The notes: a model not told the origin generated them from the letters alone. DNA of 64,000 bases from Candidatus Multivoradales bacterium (GCA_965223155.1 CBDCVR010000015.1:480001-544000), one strand, 5' to 3'. Shown: positions 8,642-19,236, numbered from the stretch's first letter. A program made the numbers and translations.

Positions 8642-9637
8642 ATGACCGCACGCGAGCGATCTCAGAACCGCCGCCGCAAGCGGCGCCGGCACCTATGGCG
8701 CGCCCTGGTCCTGGGAGGCGCGGCAGTCGGGATTCCGGCGGCGGCAAACGCCTTGATCGCGCGCCGCAACCAGAGACTGCGGCGGCCGGGCTGGGGCCGC
8801 GGGCACCGCTATGCGTGGCGGCACGGCGAGATCGCCTTTCAGCGACTGGGCAAGGGGCCGGCGGTCGTCTGCCTGCATTCGTTCGGACCGGGTCACGACA
8901 ACGAGACCTGGAAGGAGACCGCAGAGAACCTGGCGGCGGGGTACGAGGTCTTCGCGCCGGATTTTCTGGGCTGGGGCCGCTCGGACAAGCCGCGTGTCAC
9001 CTACGACGGCGAGCTCTACTTGGAGCTGGTCGCCGATTTTCTGGAAGACGTGGTTCGCCAACCGGCCGTCCTTGCCGCCGCCGGGCTTCCGGCCGCCTAC
9101 GCCGTCCAAACCGCTGCCGATCACCCCGAAGCCGTGCGGGCCCTGGCCCTCGCCGTACCGTGCGGCATCGAACTAAGCGGTGAAGAGCCCGATCTCCAGG
9201 ACGCCCTGGTCAACCGCCTCCTGCGCTTTCCGATTCTGGGCACCTCGGCCTTGAACCTCTACACCAGCCAGGCCGCGATCGGCTCGTACTTGCGCCGCGA
9301 GGCGTTCGCCGCCGCCGATCGAGTCGATGCCGCGCGCGTCGAACATCACTACCGGTCCAGCCATCAGCCGGGATCCCACCTGGGACTCGCGGCGCTCCTG
9401 AGCGGCTATCTCAACCACCGAGTCGAAGACGTCCTCGCGCGAGTCGCCGTCCCGATCTGGCTGGGCTGGGGCCGGCAAGCCAGCCTGCCGCCGCTCGAGA
9501 TCGCCGATCTCTGGCTGGAACGACAGCCACGCGCCCACCTAGAGGTCTTCGAGGGCACGGGCAACATGCCCTACGCCGAGATTCCGGCCCGCTTCGCCGC
9601 CTCCCTGCGGGACTTCCTGGGCCGCCTCGAAGCCTGA
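8642..9637 (+). CDS. Alpha/beta-hydrolase-fold protein with N-terminal membrane anchor, probably non-catalytic
   Basis: VFAPDFLGWGRSDKP is present. The nucleophile elbow reads AAAGLPAA and the His loop reads TGNMPY. Confidence 0.8.
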   Translation: MTARERSQNRRRKRRRHLWRALVLGGAAVGIPAAANALIARRNQRLRRPGWGRGHRYAWRHGEIAFQRLGKGPAVVCLHSFGPGHDNETWKETAENLAAGYEVFAPDFLGWGRSDKPRVTYDGELYLELVADFLEDVVRQPAVLAAAGLPAAYAVQTAADHPEAVRALALAVPCGIELSGEEPDLQDALVNRLLRFPILGTSALNLYTSQAAIGSYLRREAFAAADRVDAARVEHHYRSSHQPGSHLGLAALLSGYLNHRVEDVLARVAVPIWLGWGRQASLPPLEIADLWLERQPRAHLEVFEGTGNMPYAEIPARFAASLRDFLGRLEA

Positions 9638-9689
9638 CGGCGAGGCTCGAGCGCAAGTACAATACCGCGACCTCGAAGGGTCCTTGCCG

Positions 9690-12600
9690 ATGACTGACGC
9701 CTTTCCTCAGATGCCCTCCGGCTACCCGTTTCCCGAACTGGAACGGGAGATCCTGGATTTCTGGGAGGCGGAGCGCATCTTCGAGAAGACCCTCGAGGCG
9801 ACCCGGGCCGGCGAGCGCTTCGTTTTCTACGAAGGGCCGCCAACAGCCAACAACAAGCCTCACATCGGCCACGTCGTGACCCGCGTGGTCAAGGACCTGC
9901 TGCCGCGCTACAAGACCATGCAAGGTCTTCACGTTGCCCGCAAAGCCGGATGGGACACGCATGGGCTCCCGGTAGAGATCGAAGTCGAAAAGGCGCTCGG
10001 ATTCTCGGGCAAGAAGGACATCGAACGCTACGGCGTCGAGCGCTTCAACCGAGCCTGCCTGGAGAGCGTCCATACCTACGAGCGCCAATGGCGTGAGATG
10101 ACCCGCCGAGTGGGCTTCTGGGTCGATCTGGACGAGGCCTATTTCACCTACACCAACGAGTATGTCGAATCCGTCTGGTGGGCGCTCGCCGAGCTCGATC
10201 GCAAGGGCCTGCTGAGCAAAGGCCACAAGATCCAGCCCTATTGCGCGCGCTGCGGCACGACGCTCTCGAGCCACGAGGTCGCCCAGAACTACCAGGAAGC
10301 CGAGGACCCGTCGATCTGGACCCTGTTTCGCGTCCGCCAGGGCCAGGAGCGCGCCGGGCTCGACGGCAACTCCCACGACCTGTCCGGGGTCGGGCTCGTG
10401 GGCTGGACCACGACACCCTGGACCACTCTCGCCAACGCGGCGGTCGCCGTGCATCCCGAGCTGGTCTACCGGTTGGTCGCCAGCCCCCGGGACCCGGACG
10501 AGAGGCTGCTCATCGGAGACGATCTCGCAACAGCGGTGCCGGTCGAGATCCGGAGCGACGCCGGTACCGAGCGGCTCGACCTTCGGGACCAGCCGGCGCT
10601 AGCTCGCTTTCGGGGAGCCGATCTGGAGGATTTGGCCTACGCCCGCCTCTTCGAGTACTTCGAGCCCGGGCTGGACGGACGGGTGGTCCTGGCCGACCAC
10701 GTCACCGCCACCGAGGGCACGGGCATGGTCCACACCGCGCCTCCCTTCGGCGACGACGACTACCGAACGGGACAACGCTACGAGCTACCCATGATGCTCA
10801 CGGTCACCGCCGAAGGCCGCATCGCCGACGGCGCCGGCGAGCTTGGTGGCCTCTGGTTCAAGGACGCGGACCGGCCGATCCTGCGCGACCTCCGGCAACG
10901 CGGTCTCTTGCTCCACGCGGAGCGCTACCGGCACAACTACCCGTTCTGCTGGCGCTGCGACCAGCCGCTTCTCTACTACGCCTCCGAGAGCTGGTTCGTC
11001 CGCACCACCAAGCACCAAGAGGATCTGATCGCGGCCAACGCCGATGAGATCCGGTGGTCGCCGGAGCACGTGGGCACGGGACGGTTCGGCAACTGGCTCG
11101 AAACCCTCGTCGATTGGGCTCTGTCCCGCAAACGCTACTGGGGCACGCCGTTGCCGGTCTGGGAATGCGACTCCTGTTCGGCGACCCGTGTGATCGGCTC
11201 GTACCGAGAACTCTTCGAAGCGGCCGGGTGCAAGCTTCCCGCCGACCCCTACGACCGTGAGCAGTTCGATCCGCACCGTCCCTTCGTGGACCGCGACCAC
11301 GAGAGGTTCACCTGGTCCTGCCCCGAGTGCGAAGACGGGAGCATGGGCCGGGTCGAAGACGTGATCGACGCCTGGTTCGACTCGGGATCGATGCCCTTCG
11401 CCCAGCACCACTACATGGGTGAGAGCCTGGCCGAGTTCGCCCCGGACGCCGGACGGGGCTTTCCGGCCGATTTCATCTCAGAGGCCGTGGATCAGACTCG
11501 CGGCTGGTTCTACACCCTCCACGCCCTGGGCGTCCTGCTTTTCGGCCGGGCCGCGTACCGCAACTGCGTCGTTCTGGGCCACGTCAACGACGAGACCGGG
11601 CGCAAGATGTCGAAGCGGCTGGGCAACGTGGTCGATCCGATGGAGGTCCTCGAGCAAACCGGCGCCGACGCTTTGCGCTGGTACTTCTTCGTGTCGAACC
11701 CCGAGGTCAACTCTCGATTCTCGGCCCGCCTCGTGCGCGAGGCGGCGCAGAAGTTCCTCATCCCGCTCTGGAACGCGGCCTCCTTCTTCTCGATCTACGC
11801 CAACTTGGACGGCTGGCGGCCTACCTCCGAGAGCTCCGAGGGCTCCGAGGCGCCGGCATTCGAGCACCGGCCGGCCCTGGATCGCTGGATCCTGCTCCGG
11901 CTCGAGCGCCTCACCGCAACGGTTTCCGGACGCCTCGACGGCTACGCGATCGCCGAGGCCGCCCGCGAGATCGAGCGCTTCGTGGATCAGCTCACCAACT
12001 GGTACATCCGCAGGTCCCGGGATCGATTCTGGGCGCCCGCCGAGCGCGACCCGGCCGACAAGGAAAGCGCCTACCAAACGCTCTATTCGGTCCTGCGCCG
12101 CCTCACCATCTTGGTCGCGCCCTTTACCCCGTTCGTGGCCGAGGCTCTGCACCGGCGGCTGGTCTTCGAACGGCTGGCCGGGAGCTCCGAATCGGTCCAC
12201 CTGGAATCCTGGCCCGAAGCCGACGCCGGCCTCAGCGAGCCGGACCTGGAACGTGCCATGGACGCCGTCCTGGACATCGTGGCGCTCGGCCGGGCCGCGC
12301 GCAACGACCACCAGCTCAAGACCCGCCAGCCCCTGGCTTCGGTCACGGTGGTCACGGCCGACGTGGCGCTGCGCCCGCTTCTGGACGGCTTCCTGGACAT
12401 CCTGCGCGAGGAGCTCAACGTCCACGACGTGCGCTGGGCCGACGATCGCGCCGACTACGTGCACCACGAGGTGCGTCCGAATTTCTCGAAGTGCGGACCT
12501 CGCTTCGGCAAGCAGATGAAGGCCGTCCAGCGCGCCCTGGCCGAGGCGGACGGCGACGAGCTCGCGGCCGGTCTCGAGGCCCAGGGCTCGATCGCGATCT

Positions 12601-13007
12601 CGGTGGACGGCGAGGAGGTTGTCTTGCGGGCCGATGAGCTCGAGATCCGGTTGATCGAGAAAGAGGGGCTCGCCACCGCCGCCGACCGCAACTTCCTCGT
12701 CGCCCTCGATACTCGATTGACCGAGACGCTGATCGCCGAAGGCCGCGCCCGGGAAATCGTCCACCGGGTTCAAGCTCGGCGCAAGGAACTGGACCTCGAC
12801 TACGCCGATCGCATCCAGATTCGGTACCGGGCGGACGGCGAGATCGAGCGCGTCCTGGACGACCATCGCGACTGGATCTCGGGCGAGACCCTGGCGACCG
12901 GCTGGAGCCGGGCACGCGAAGATGAAGAACTGACCCCGGCTGCCGTCGAGGGTCTCGAGTTCGCCTTCGAGCTTGAGGTCACGACCCGCGCCGAACCAAC
13001 ACCCTAG
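9690..13007 (+). CDS. ileS: Isoleucyl-tRNA synthetase, type 2 (IleRS2)
   Basis: FYEGPPTANNKPHIGH, GWDTHGLPVE, WTTTPWT, DQTRGWFY, KMSKR, and an IleRS2-type C-terminus EGRAREIVHRVQARRK. Confidence 0.97.
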   Translation: MTDAFPQMPSGYPFPELEREILDFWEAERIFEKTLEATRAGERFVFYEGPPTANNKPHIGHVVTRVVKDLLPRYKTMQGLHVARKAGWDTHGLPVEIEVEKALGFSGKKDIERYGVERFNRACLESVHTYERQWREMTRRVGFWVDLDEAYFTYTNEYVESVWWALAELDRKGLLSKGHKIQPYCARCGTTLSSHEVAQNYQEAEDPSIWTLFRVRQGQERAGLDGNSHDLSGVGLVGWTTTPWTTLANAAVAVHPELVYRLVASPRDPDERLLIGDDLATAVPVEIRSDAGTERLDLRDQPALARFRGADLEDLAYARLFEYFEPGLDGRVVLADHVTATEGTGMVHTAPPFGDDDYRTGQRYELPMMLTVTAEGRIADGAGELGGLWFKDADRPILRDLRQRGLLLHAERYRHNYPFCWRCDQPLLYYASESWFVRTTKHQEDLIAANADEIRWSPEHVGTGRFGNWLETLVDWALSRKRYWGTPLPVWECDSCSATRVIGSYRELFEAAGCKLPADPYDREQFDPHRPFVDRDHERFTWSCPECEDGSMGRVEDVIDAWFDSGSMPFAQHHYMGESLAEFAPDAGRGFPADFISEAVDQTRGWFYTLHALGVLLFGRAAYRNCVVLGHVNDETGRKMSKRLGNVVDPMEVLEQTGADALRWYFFVSNPEVNSRFSARLVREAAQKFLIPLWNAASFFSIYANLDGWRPTSESSEGSEAPAFEHRPALDRWILLRLERLTATVSGRLDGYAIAEAAREIERFVDQLTNWYIRRSRDRFWAPAERDPADKESAYQTLYSVLRRLTILVAPFTPFVAEALHRRLVFERLAGSSESVHLESWPEADAGLSEPDLERAMDAVLDIVALGRAARNDHQLKTRQPLASVTVVTADVALRPLLDGFLDILREELNVHDVRWADDRADYVHHEVRPNFSKCGPRFGKQMKAVQRALAEADGDELAAGLEAQGSIAISVDGEEVVLRADELEIRLIEKEGLATAADRNFLVALDTRLTETLIAEGRAREIVHRVQARRKELDLDYADRIQIRYRADGEIERVLDDHRDWISGETLATGWSRAREDEELTPAAVEGLEFAFELEVTTRAEPTP

Positions 13008-13018
13008 GAAACCAGCTC

Positions 13019-14389
13019 ATGGCAGGAATTTTCAAAGCGTACGACGTGCGCGGCATTTATCCGGATCAGCTCGACGAAGCCATCGCCGAGAAGGTAGGAC
13101 GCGCCTTCCCGGCGGTTCTGGACCCAGATCGTCTGGCGACGGACCCCCGAGTAGTCGTCAGCCGGGACATGCGCCCGCACAGCAAGCCGCTGTCCGAGGC
13201 CCTCATCGCCGGCCTGCTTTCAAGCGGCCTGGACGTCGTCGACGTCGGCATGGTGACGACGCCCACGAACTACTTTGCCGTGGGACATCTCGGTGCCACC
13301 GGCGGCATCCAAGTCACGGCGAGCCACAACCCGGCACGCTACAACGGCCTCAAGTTCAGCCTCCACGAGGCTCGTCCGGTAAGCGGCGACGACGGCATTC
13401 CTCTGCTCGAGCGCATCGTCGCCTCCGGCGACTTCCCGGCGGCGCAGCGCACCGGCCGGCGCTCCCAGGCCGACGTGCGCGAGGCCTACGGCGACCACGT
13501 CCTCTCCTATCTGGCTCCCGAATCGGAGGACGGACGGCTCAAGGTCGTCGTGGACGCCGCCAACGGCATGGGAGTCACCTACGGACCGTGGCTCGAACGG
13601 CTCGGCATCGAGCTCGTACCGCTCTACTTCGAGCTCGACGGCTCCTTTCCCAACCACGAGGCCAACCCCCTCAAGCTCGAGAACCTCCGCGATCTCTCGG
13701 AGGCGATCCGCCGCGAAGGCGCCGACCTCGGCATATCGTTCGACGGCGACGCCGACCGCGCCGCCTTCGTGGATGAGACCGGCGAGCCCATCGGCAGCGA
13801 TCTGGCCACAGCGCTTATCGCCGGCGAGCTCCTGGACCGGACCCCCGGTTCCCATGTCCTCTACGACTTGCGCTCGTCCCGCGCGGTCGCCGAGTACATC
13901 GAAGAGCGTGGCGGCAAGCCGGTACGAGAACGGGTCGGCCACTCCTTCATGAAGGCCACCCTGCGCCGCAAGGACGGAGTCTTCGGCGGCGAGCTCGCCG
14001 GCCATTACTACTTCCGCGACAACTACTACGCCGACTGCGCGCTGATGGCGGTGGTCGAGGTTCTAAACCTGCTGCGGACGCGGCGAGCCGCGGCTCCCGA
14101 GACCACGCTCTCGGGCATCGTCGCACCGCTCCTGCGCTACGCCAAGAGCCCCGAGATCAACTTCGAGGTCGAGGACAAGGCCGCCAAGATTCGCGAGCTG
14201 GCCAGCCGGTATGCCGAGGGCGAGATCGACTACCTGGACGGCATCACCGTCCAGTTCGAAAACTGGTGGTGCAACGTTCGGCCGTCGAACACCGAGCCCT
14301 ACCTGCGACTCGTCCTCGAGGCCGCGACTCAGGAAGCACTGGCCGAGCGCCGGGCCGAGCTCGAGGCTCTCCTAGGCGATCCCGTCTAG
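13019..14389 (+). CDS. Phosphomannomutase/phosphoglucomutase
   Basis: FKAYDVRG, TASHNP, FDGDADR, GELAGH, RPSNTEP. Confidence 0.95.
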   Translation: MAGIFKAYDVRGIYPDQLDEAIAEKVGRAFPAVLDPDRLATDPRVVVSRDMRPHSKPLSEALIAGLLSSGLDVVDVGMVTTPTNYFAVGHLGATGGIQVTASHNPARYNGLKFSLHEARPVSGDDGIPLLERIVASGDFPAAQRTGRRSQADVREAYGDHVLSYLAPESEDGRLKVVVDAANGMGVTYGPWLERLGIELVPLYFELDGSFPNHEANPLKLENLRDLSEAIRREGADLGISFDGDADRAAFVDETGEPIGSDLATALIAGELLDRTPGSHVLYDLRSSRAVAEYIEERGGKPVRERVGHSFMKATLRRKDGVFGGELAGHYYFRDNYYADCALMAVVEVLNLLRTRRAAAPETTLSGIVAPLLRYAKSPEINFEVEDKAAKIRELASRYAEGEIDYLDGITVQFENWWCNVRPSNTEPYLRLVLEAATQEALAERRAELEALLGDPV

Positions 14390-14410
14390 GGGCTTGCCGC
14401 AAGGACCGCG

Positions 14411-15127
14411 CTAATTGCGCCGTCCGCCCAGTATTCCGGCCCGCATGAGCCAGTAGAGGAGCTGGGACAGGCTCGCGACCGCGGCCGCGACATAGGTCAG
14501 CGCCGCGGCGTTCAGCACCTTGTCCATCCCGACCCGCTCCTGCTCGACGACGATGCCGTTCTCGACCGCGAGGCGTTTGGCCCGGGAAGTGGCGTCGAAC
14601 TCCACCGGCAGCGTCACGAGCTGGAAGAGCAGCACCGACGAGAACAGGATCGCTCCGACGACGAACACCTTCATCCCGAAGCCGCCACCGCCGCCCGACA
14701 TCAGCGCCAGGCCCGCGATCATGACGAAAAAGCCCAACTTCGAGCCAATGTTGGCGGTCGGCACCAGGGCCGAGCGCAGCCACAGGGGCGAGTAGTTCCG
14801 GGCATGCTGGATGGCGTGACCGGCCTCATGGCAGGCGACGCCGACCGCCGCGATCGAGCGCGAACCATGTACCGGCTCGGAAAGAGCCAGCGTCTTGGTC
14901 ATCGGATTGTAGTGATCCGAAAGGTATCCGGAGGTACTGACGACCTTGACGTCTGCGATGCCCGCGGAATCCAGCAGGCGCTGAGCCGCCTGGGCCCCGG
15001 TCAGGCCGGTGGCGGTCGCCACTTTCGAGTACTTGCCGAAAGCGCTCTTGGTCTTCCAGCTCGCCCACAGCGACAACAACATCGGGGGCGCCAGAAACAT
15101 CAAATACATCGGGTCCATGTACATCAT
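14411..15127 (-). CDS. Membrane zinc metallopeptidase, YugP family
   Basis: LSDHYNP, ACHEAGHAIQH, TLPVEFDATSRA, VLNAAALTYVAA; GGAGAG SD before ATG 15127. Confidence 0.92.
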   Translation of the reverse strand: MMYMDPMYLMFLAPPMLLSLWASWKTKSAFGKYSKVATATGLTGAQAAQRLLDSAGIADVKVVSTSGYLSDHYNPMTKTLALSEPVHGSRSIAAVGVACHEAGHAIQHARNYSPLWLRSALVPTANIGSKLGFFVMIAGLALMSGGGGGFGMKVFVVGAILFSSVLLFQLVTLPVEFDATSRAKRLAVENGIVVEQERVGMDKVLNAAALTYVAAAVASLSQLLYWLMRAGILGGRRN

Positions 15128-15434
15128 TCTCTCCCAGTCCGAAAATCGATCCGGGCTGGCAGGCCCGGTGCTCATCGGCTTTGAGAACCGTCCGGGACGA
15201 GCCTCTATTCCGGCTCCCTCCAGCCGGGGGCGATTGTACCGCTAGCCCGGCCGCCCCACCGGAATCACCGCGCCAAGCCTCCGAGCAGCCCGCGGCAAAC
15301 GTCCGAGCTGCGGCGCGATGAGGTCTGCAATCGGCTTCCAGGGCGCGACAGGCGGTACGGCGGCGGTGTTGACCACGAGCAACACCCCAGAAGCGCCGGG
15401 ACCCCGGCCTCATCTGAGCTCCGACTACGGGCCG

Positions 15435-16373
15435 CTACAGAAGCTGCATGCGCTCGTCGCCGTAGAGCACCGGCTCGCCGGTCGGCTCGTTCGGCGTCTC
15501 GTCCGCCTCGAGCGTGATCATCACCGCACCGATGCCCGCCGGCCGGCCCGAGCCCAGCACCTCGACCGGCGCGCCTCCCGCCTTGACCTGGAAGATCGCC
15601 GCCGGCACCTTGCCTTCGTCGGTCACGAACCAGATGACGTAGCGCCGACCTTGATCGCACGGTTCGAGACCCTCCGCCCGCAGAAACCAGTTCGAGTCAG
15701 CCGCGTGCATCACCAGGGTGGCGTGGGCACCCGGCGCCGGCGCTCCTTCGGGAGCCTTGAGGGCGCAATACTGCGCTCCGGGCCGCGTCGCCATGGCCAG
15801 CCGAGCCTTCAGGTCGCGCAACAGCCCTTCGGAGCTGGCCAGGGCCGCGGTCGCCTCCCGCGCCCGGCTCAGATCCTCCGAAAGCTGGACGATCTCGGCG
15901 TGCTGGCGCTCAACCCGAACGACCAGCCAGCCCGTGACCGCGGCCATCGCCAGAATGGCGCTGGCGGCCAGGGGCATCAGCCAACGCGTCGGTCCCGAGT
16001 GGTCGGCCGGGGGTGGGTACGTCAAAAGCCTGGCGCCTTCCGCGTCTTCCGCGGTCGGAGCCGGTCCCCCGGAGGACCGCGCCCCGGTCGCCTCGACATC
16101 CGCCGAGGCGATCCCGGCCAGGATTCGGTCCTTGACCTCCGGCGCCGGAACGACGGTCTCGTGACTCCACGGCAGCAGGCCCAAGACCTCGAGGTCGGCC
16201 TTCAGGCGCTCCGCCTCCTCGACACCGAGCTCGGCCAGGAGCGCGTCGATCTCGGCTGCTGGATCGGCGGTTTCGGCCGCATCGGCCGCTGTGTCAGCCT
16301 GTCGAGCCAGCCGGTCCAGCAGACGTAGAGTCGCCCGATCTCGGGATGTATCTTCGGAAGTCCTGTCGCTCAC
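15435..16373 (-). CDS. Anti-sigma factor (RskA-like)
   Basis: PAPEVKDRILA, a single TM, YVIWF and ITLE...PTG C-terminal domain; GTGA overlap with the upstream ECF sigma. Confidence 0.85.
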   Translation of the reverse strand: MSDRTSEDTSRDRATLRLLDRLARQADTAADAAETADPAAEIDALLAELGVEEAERLKADLEVLGLLPWSHETVVPAPEVKDRILAGIASADVEATGARSSGGPAPTAEDAEGARLLTYPPPADHSGPTRWLMPLAASAILAMAAVTGWLVVRVERQHAEIVQLSEDLSRAREATAALASSEGLLRDLKARLAMATRPGAQYCALKAPEGAPAPGAHATLVMHAADSNWFLRAEGLEPCDQGRRYVIWFVTDEGKVPAAIFQVKAGGAPVEVLGSGRPAGIGAVMITLEADETPNEPTGEPVLYGDERMQLL

Positions 16374-16960
16374 AGTAGATCCTCGATGTCGTCCCGCAAT
16401 GCGCGGCGCAGCTTCTTCATGGCCAGTAGGGTTCTCGTCTTGACGGTTCCCAGCGGGGTCTCGGTGGCCTGGGCGATCTCGTTCTGGGTCATGCCACCGA
16501 AGAACGCCATCTCCAACACCTGCCTCTGCTCCACCGGAAGCCGGGCCAGCTCTTCGTCGAGACGCCGGCGCCGTTCACCCAGGAATACGGCACCGACTCC
16601 CTCGGGGGATGTATGCAGATTGCGCTTCTCGCGCTGCACCTCCTGAACGGTCCGGTCCTTGACCTTGCGGCTGCGCAGCCGGTCGATGGCCCTGCTGCGC
16701 GTGATCAGAACCAACCAGGTCGAAACCGACGCGCGGCCCGTATCGTAGCGCTGCGCCTGTCTCCAGACCTGGAGAAACACCTCCTGGAGAATCTCCTCCC
16801 CATCCGAGCGGTTCCCCAGGATCTTGGTGGCAAGTCCCAGGAGCATGCCCGAGTACCGGTCGTAGAGTTCGGCGAGCGCGCCCGCGTCTCCCGCCGCCAA
16901 ACGCCGCACCAACTCCGCTTCCGGCGAAGCTTCACGATCCGCCGGTTTCGAAGTCGTCAT
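16370..16960 (-). CDS. ECF RNA polymerase sigma factor (SigK-like)
   Basis: LAELYDRY, EEILQEVFLQVW, TWLVLITRSRAIDRLR, PLGTVKTR. Confidence 0.93.
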   Translation of the reverse strand: MTTSKPADREASPEAELVRRLAAGDAGALAELYDRYSGMLLGLATKILGNRSDGEEILQEVFLQVWRQAQRYDTGRASVSTWLVLITRSRAIDRLRSRKVKDRTVQEVQREKRNLHTSPEGVGAVFLGERRRRLDEELARLPVEQRQVLEMAFFGGMTQNEIAQATETPLGTVKTRTLLAMKKLRRALRDDIEDLL

Positions 16961-16992
16961 CCGGATTCCGGGTCCCGTTTCGGTACGATAGC

Positions 16993-17538
16993 ATGCAGAA
17001 AATGAGCGCGAGAAAGCCGCCGATCGCGGTCGTGGGAGGGGCATCGGCGGACGCGGAAACCGCTGCTCTCGCCTTCCAGGTAGGCCGGGGAATCGTCGAT
17101 CGAGGAGGCGTGGTGCTCTGCGGCGGCCGGAGCGGGGTCATGGAACACGCCGCCCGGGGCGCGGCCGAGGCCGGCGGCCAAGCCGTGGGCATCCTGCCGG
17201 GGCGCAACGCCCGGGAGTCGCCGCCGAACCCCCACCTTTCGCTGGCTCTCTTCACCGGTCTCGGCCAGGCTCGCAATCAGGTCCTCGTGCTCTCGGCGGG
17301 CGCCGTCATCGCCATCGGCGGCGGCTGGGGTACCGTTTCGGAGATCGCCCTGGCCTCGAAACACGGCATTCCCGTGGTCGCGCTCGGCGCTCCCGAGATT
17401 CGGTTCGGTCCGGCCTCGAACAACCCGGTGGACGCGCACCCCGATGCCTCCTCGGCTCCCGACTCACTACCGGCTCGGGCGGCCAGCGCCGCCGAAGCCG
17501 TCGATCTGGCCTTCAGCCTCTTGGAGACCTCCCGATGA
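16993..17538 (+). CDS. TIGR00725 family (LOG-like/SLOG) protein
   Basis: [39 protein letters not shown]. Start may be 17002. Confidence 0.85.
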   Translation: MQKMSARKPPIAVVGGASADAETAALAFQVGRGIVDRGGVVLCGGRSGVMEHAARGAAEAGGQAVGILPGRNARESPPNPHLSLALFTGLGQARNQVLVLSAGAVIAIGGGWGTVSEIALASKHGIPVVALGAPEIRFGPASNNPVDAHPDASSAPDSLPARAASAAEAVDLAFSLLETSR

Positions 17539-17981
17539 ACGATCGCGCGTCTTCCCGACCCGGCGGCGACCGCCGCCAGCCGGCCATCCGAGTGATGATG
17601 ATGCCTCGCGACACCAACGCGCTGGGCACGATCTTCGGCGGCATCATCCTGTCCTACATCGACCAGGCCGGAGCGGTCGATGCCTACCGGTTCGCCGATT
17701 GCCGCCTGGTCACCGTCGCCATGCGCGAGGTCGAGTTCCACCAGCCGGTGTTCGTGGGCGATCTGGTCAGCTTCTACGCCGACGTGACGCGGCTCGGGCG
17801 CACCTCGATCACGGTCAAGGTGGTCGTCGAAGCCGAGCGCCGGATTGACGAGATCGCCATCTCCGACAAGCAGCGGGTGCAGGTCACCAAGGCCGAAGTG
17901 GTCTACGTCCACGTGGACGAAGACGGCCGGCCGCGCCCCCTTCCCGAAGACGCCCACGACTCGTTCGACCGGACCGATTAG
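17535..17981 (+). CDS. Acyl-CoA thioesterase (hotdog fold, YciA-like)
   Basis: [14 protein letters not shown]...[21 protein letters not shown]. Confidence 0.92.
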   Translation: MNDRASSRPGGDRRQPAIRVMMMPRDTNALGTIFGGIILSYIDQAGAVDAYRFADCRLVTVAMREVEFHQPVFVGDLVSFYADVTRLGRTSITVKVVVEAERRIDEIAISDKQRVQVTKAEVVYVHVDEDGRPRPLPEDAHDSFDRTD

Positions 17982-18059
17982 ACCTGGGCCCGAAGCCGTC
18001 AGAGCTACTCAGAGCCAGTCAGAGCCAGCGGCGATCGCGTGTCTGCCGGGACGCGCCGG

Positions 18060-18641
18060 CTAGTTCTCGCAGCCGCTCGAGTAGGGGACATAGCACTGCC
18101 GGCAGCGGGCCTCGTAGGCCTCGATGTCCCCGACCAGCACCTGCGAGTCGCCACCCGCCGTGCGCTGGCTGTAGTGCGCGGCACCGCCGCATCGCACGCA
18201 AACCGCATGGGTCTTGTCGACGAACTCGGCCAGAGCCATGAGCTGCGGCATGGGACCGAAAGGCCGGCGCAGATAGTCCTGGTCGAGCCCGGCGACGATC
18301 ACCCGCAGGCCGGAATCGGCGAGCTCGGTGACCAGCTCGACCAGCTCCTCGTCGAAAAACTGGGCCTCATCGATGCCCACGACCTCGGTGTCGCCTTCCA
18401 GTGCGTCACGCAGATTGGCCGCACAGCTGACGCTTACCGCCGGGACCTCGCGGTCGTCTCGGGTAATGAGGCGCTCGGGCGGATGCCGGGTGTCTGAGGT
18501 GGGCTTGAAGACCTGGACCTTCTGCTGAGCGATCAACGCCCGCCCCAGCCGGCGGACGAGCTCCTCGCTCTTGCCCGAGAACATGCCCCCGGTGATGACT
18601 TCGATACGCCCGCTGGATCGATCGTGAAAGGTTCTCATCAT
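18060..18641 (-). CDS. tdk: Thymidine kinase
   Basis: GGMFSGKSEEL, GIDEAQFF, AGLDQD, CVRC...YEARCRQC. Confidence 0.96.
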   Translation of the reverse strand: MMRTFHDRSSGRIEVITGGMFSGKSEELVRRLGRALIAQQKVQVFKPTSDTRHPPERLITRDDREVPAVSVSCAANLRDALEGDTEVVGIDEAQFFDEELVELVTELADSGLRVIVAGLDQDYLRRPFGPMPQLMALAEFVDKTHAVCVRCGGAAHYSQRTAGGDSQVLVGDIEAYEARCRQCYVPYSSGCEN

Positions 18642-18820
18642 GGCGGCCGACTCCTCCTACCGGTCGGCGCGGCCGGGATGCTATCGCAGCCGTTCGACGG
18701 TGACCACGCCCCGGGGCCGCGCGCGAGAGCCCGGCCCAGCCCAAGACGAACGGGCCGTTCCCGATCCAATCGGTTGACTTGCCGGCGGGCGCTGGCTATC
18801 TTGATCGCGAGGAGCATGCC

Positions 18821-19171
18821 ATGAGCGCCGTTACCACCGAGTTTCCGCTGCTGATCACGTCCAAGGCCGTCCAGATGGTGCGCGCGACCCTGGACTCCGA
18901 GGGCCTCGATCCGTCGTCCGGTCTGCGCGTCGCCGTCCGGGGCGGCGGCTGTAGCGGGTTCGAGTACGCCCTCGACTTCGAGATGGAGCCCCGCGAGAAC
19001 GACCTGACCAGTGATTTCGACGGCCTTCGGGTCTACGTGGATCCGGTGAGCGCCCGCTACCTCACGGGCACCGAGATCGACTACGTCCTGGGCCCGACCG
19101 GATCCGGCTTCAAGTTCAACAACCCCAACGCCAGCGGCAACTGCGGCTGCGGCTCGTCGTTTTCGGTCTAG
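18821..19171 (+). CDS. A-type Fe-S carrier (IscA/ErpA/HesB family)
   Basis: GGGCSGFEY and NPNASGNCGCGSSF; GAGGAG SD. Confidence 0.95.
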   Translation: MSAVTTEFPLLITSKAVQMVRATLDSEGLDPSSGLRVAVRGGGCSGFEYALDFEMEPRENDLTSDFDGLRVYVDPVSARYLTGTEIDYVLGPTGSGFKFNNPNASGNCGCGSSFSV

Positions 19172-19236
19172 CCGCTCCGGCTCTTGGAGCCTGGCCGCAG
19201 GGTCCCGGCCAGTAGGGTCCCGGCCAGAAGATCCGG

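Noticed and set aside
15165-15215. Resemblance of the peptidase leader to a fluoride riboswitch
   Set aside because: The core GGxGAUGG and AAACxGC elements do not match and the downstream gene is not fluoride-related. Kept only as a generic structured leader.
19199-19227. Two copies of AGGGTCCCGGCCAG between iscA and ygfZ
   Set aside because: Short local duplication with no spacers; not CRISPR and not an IS end.
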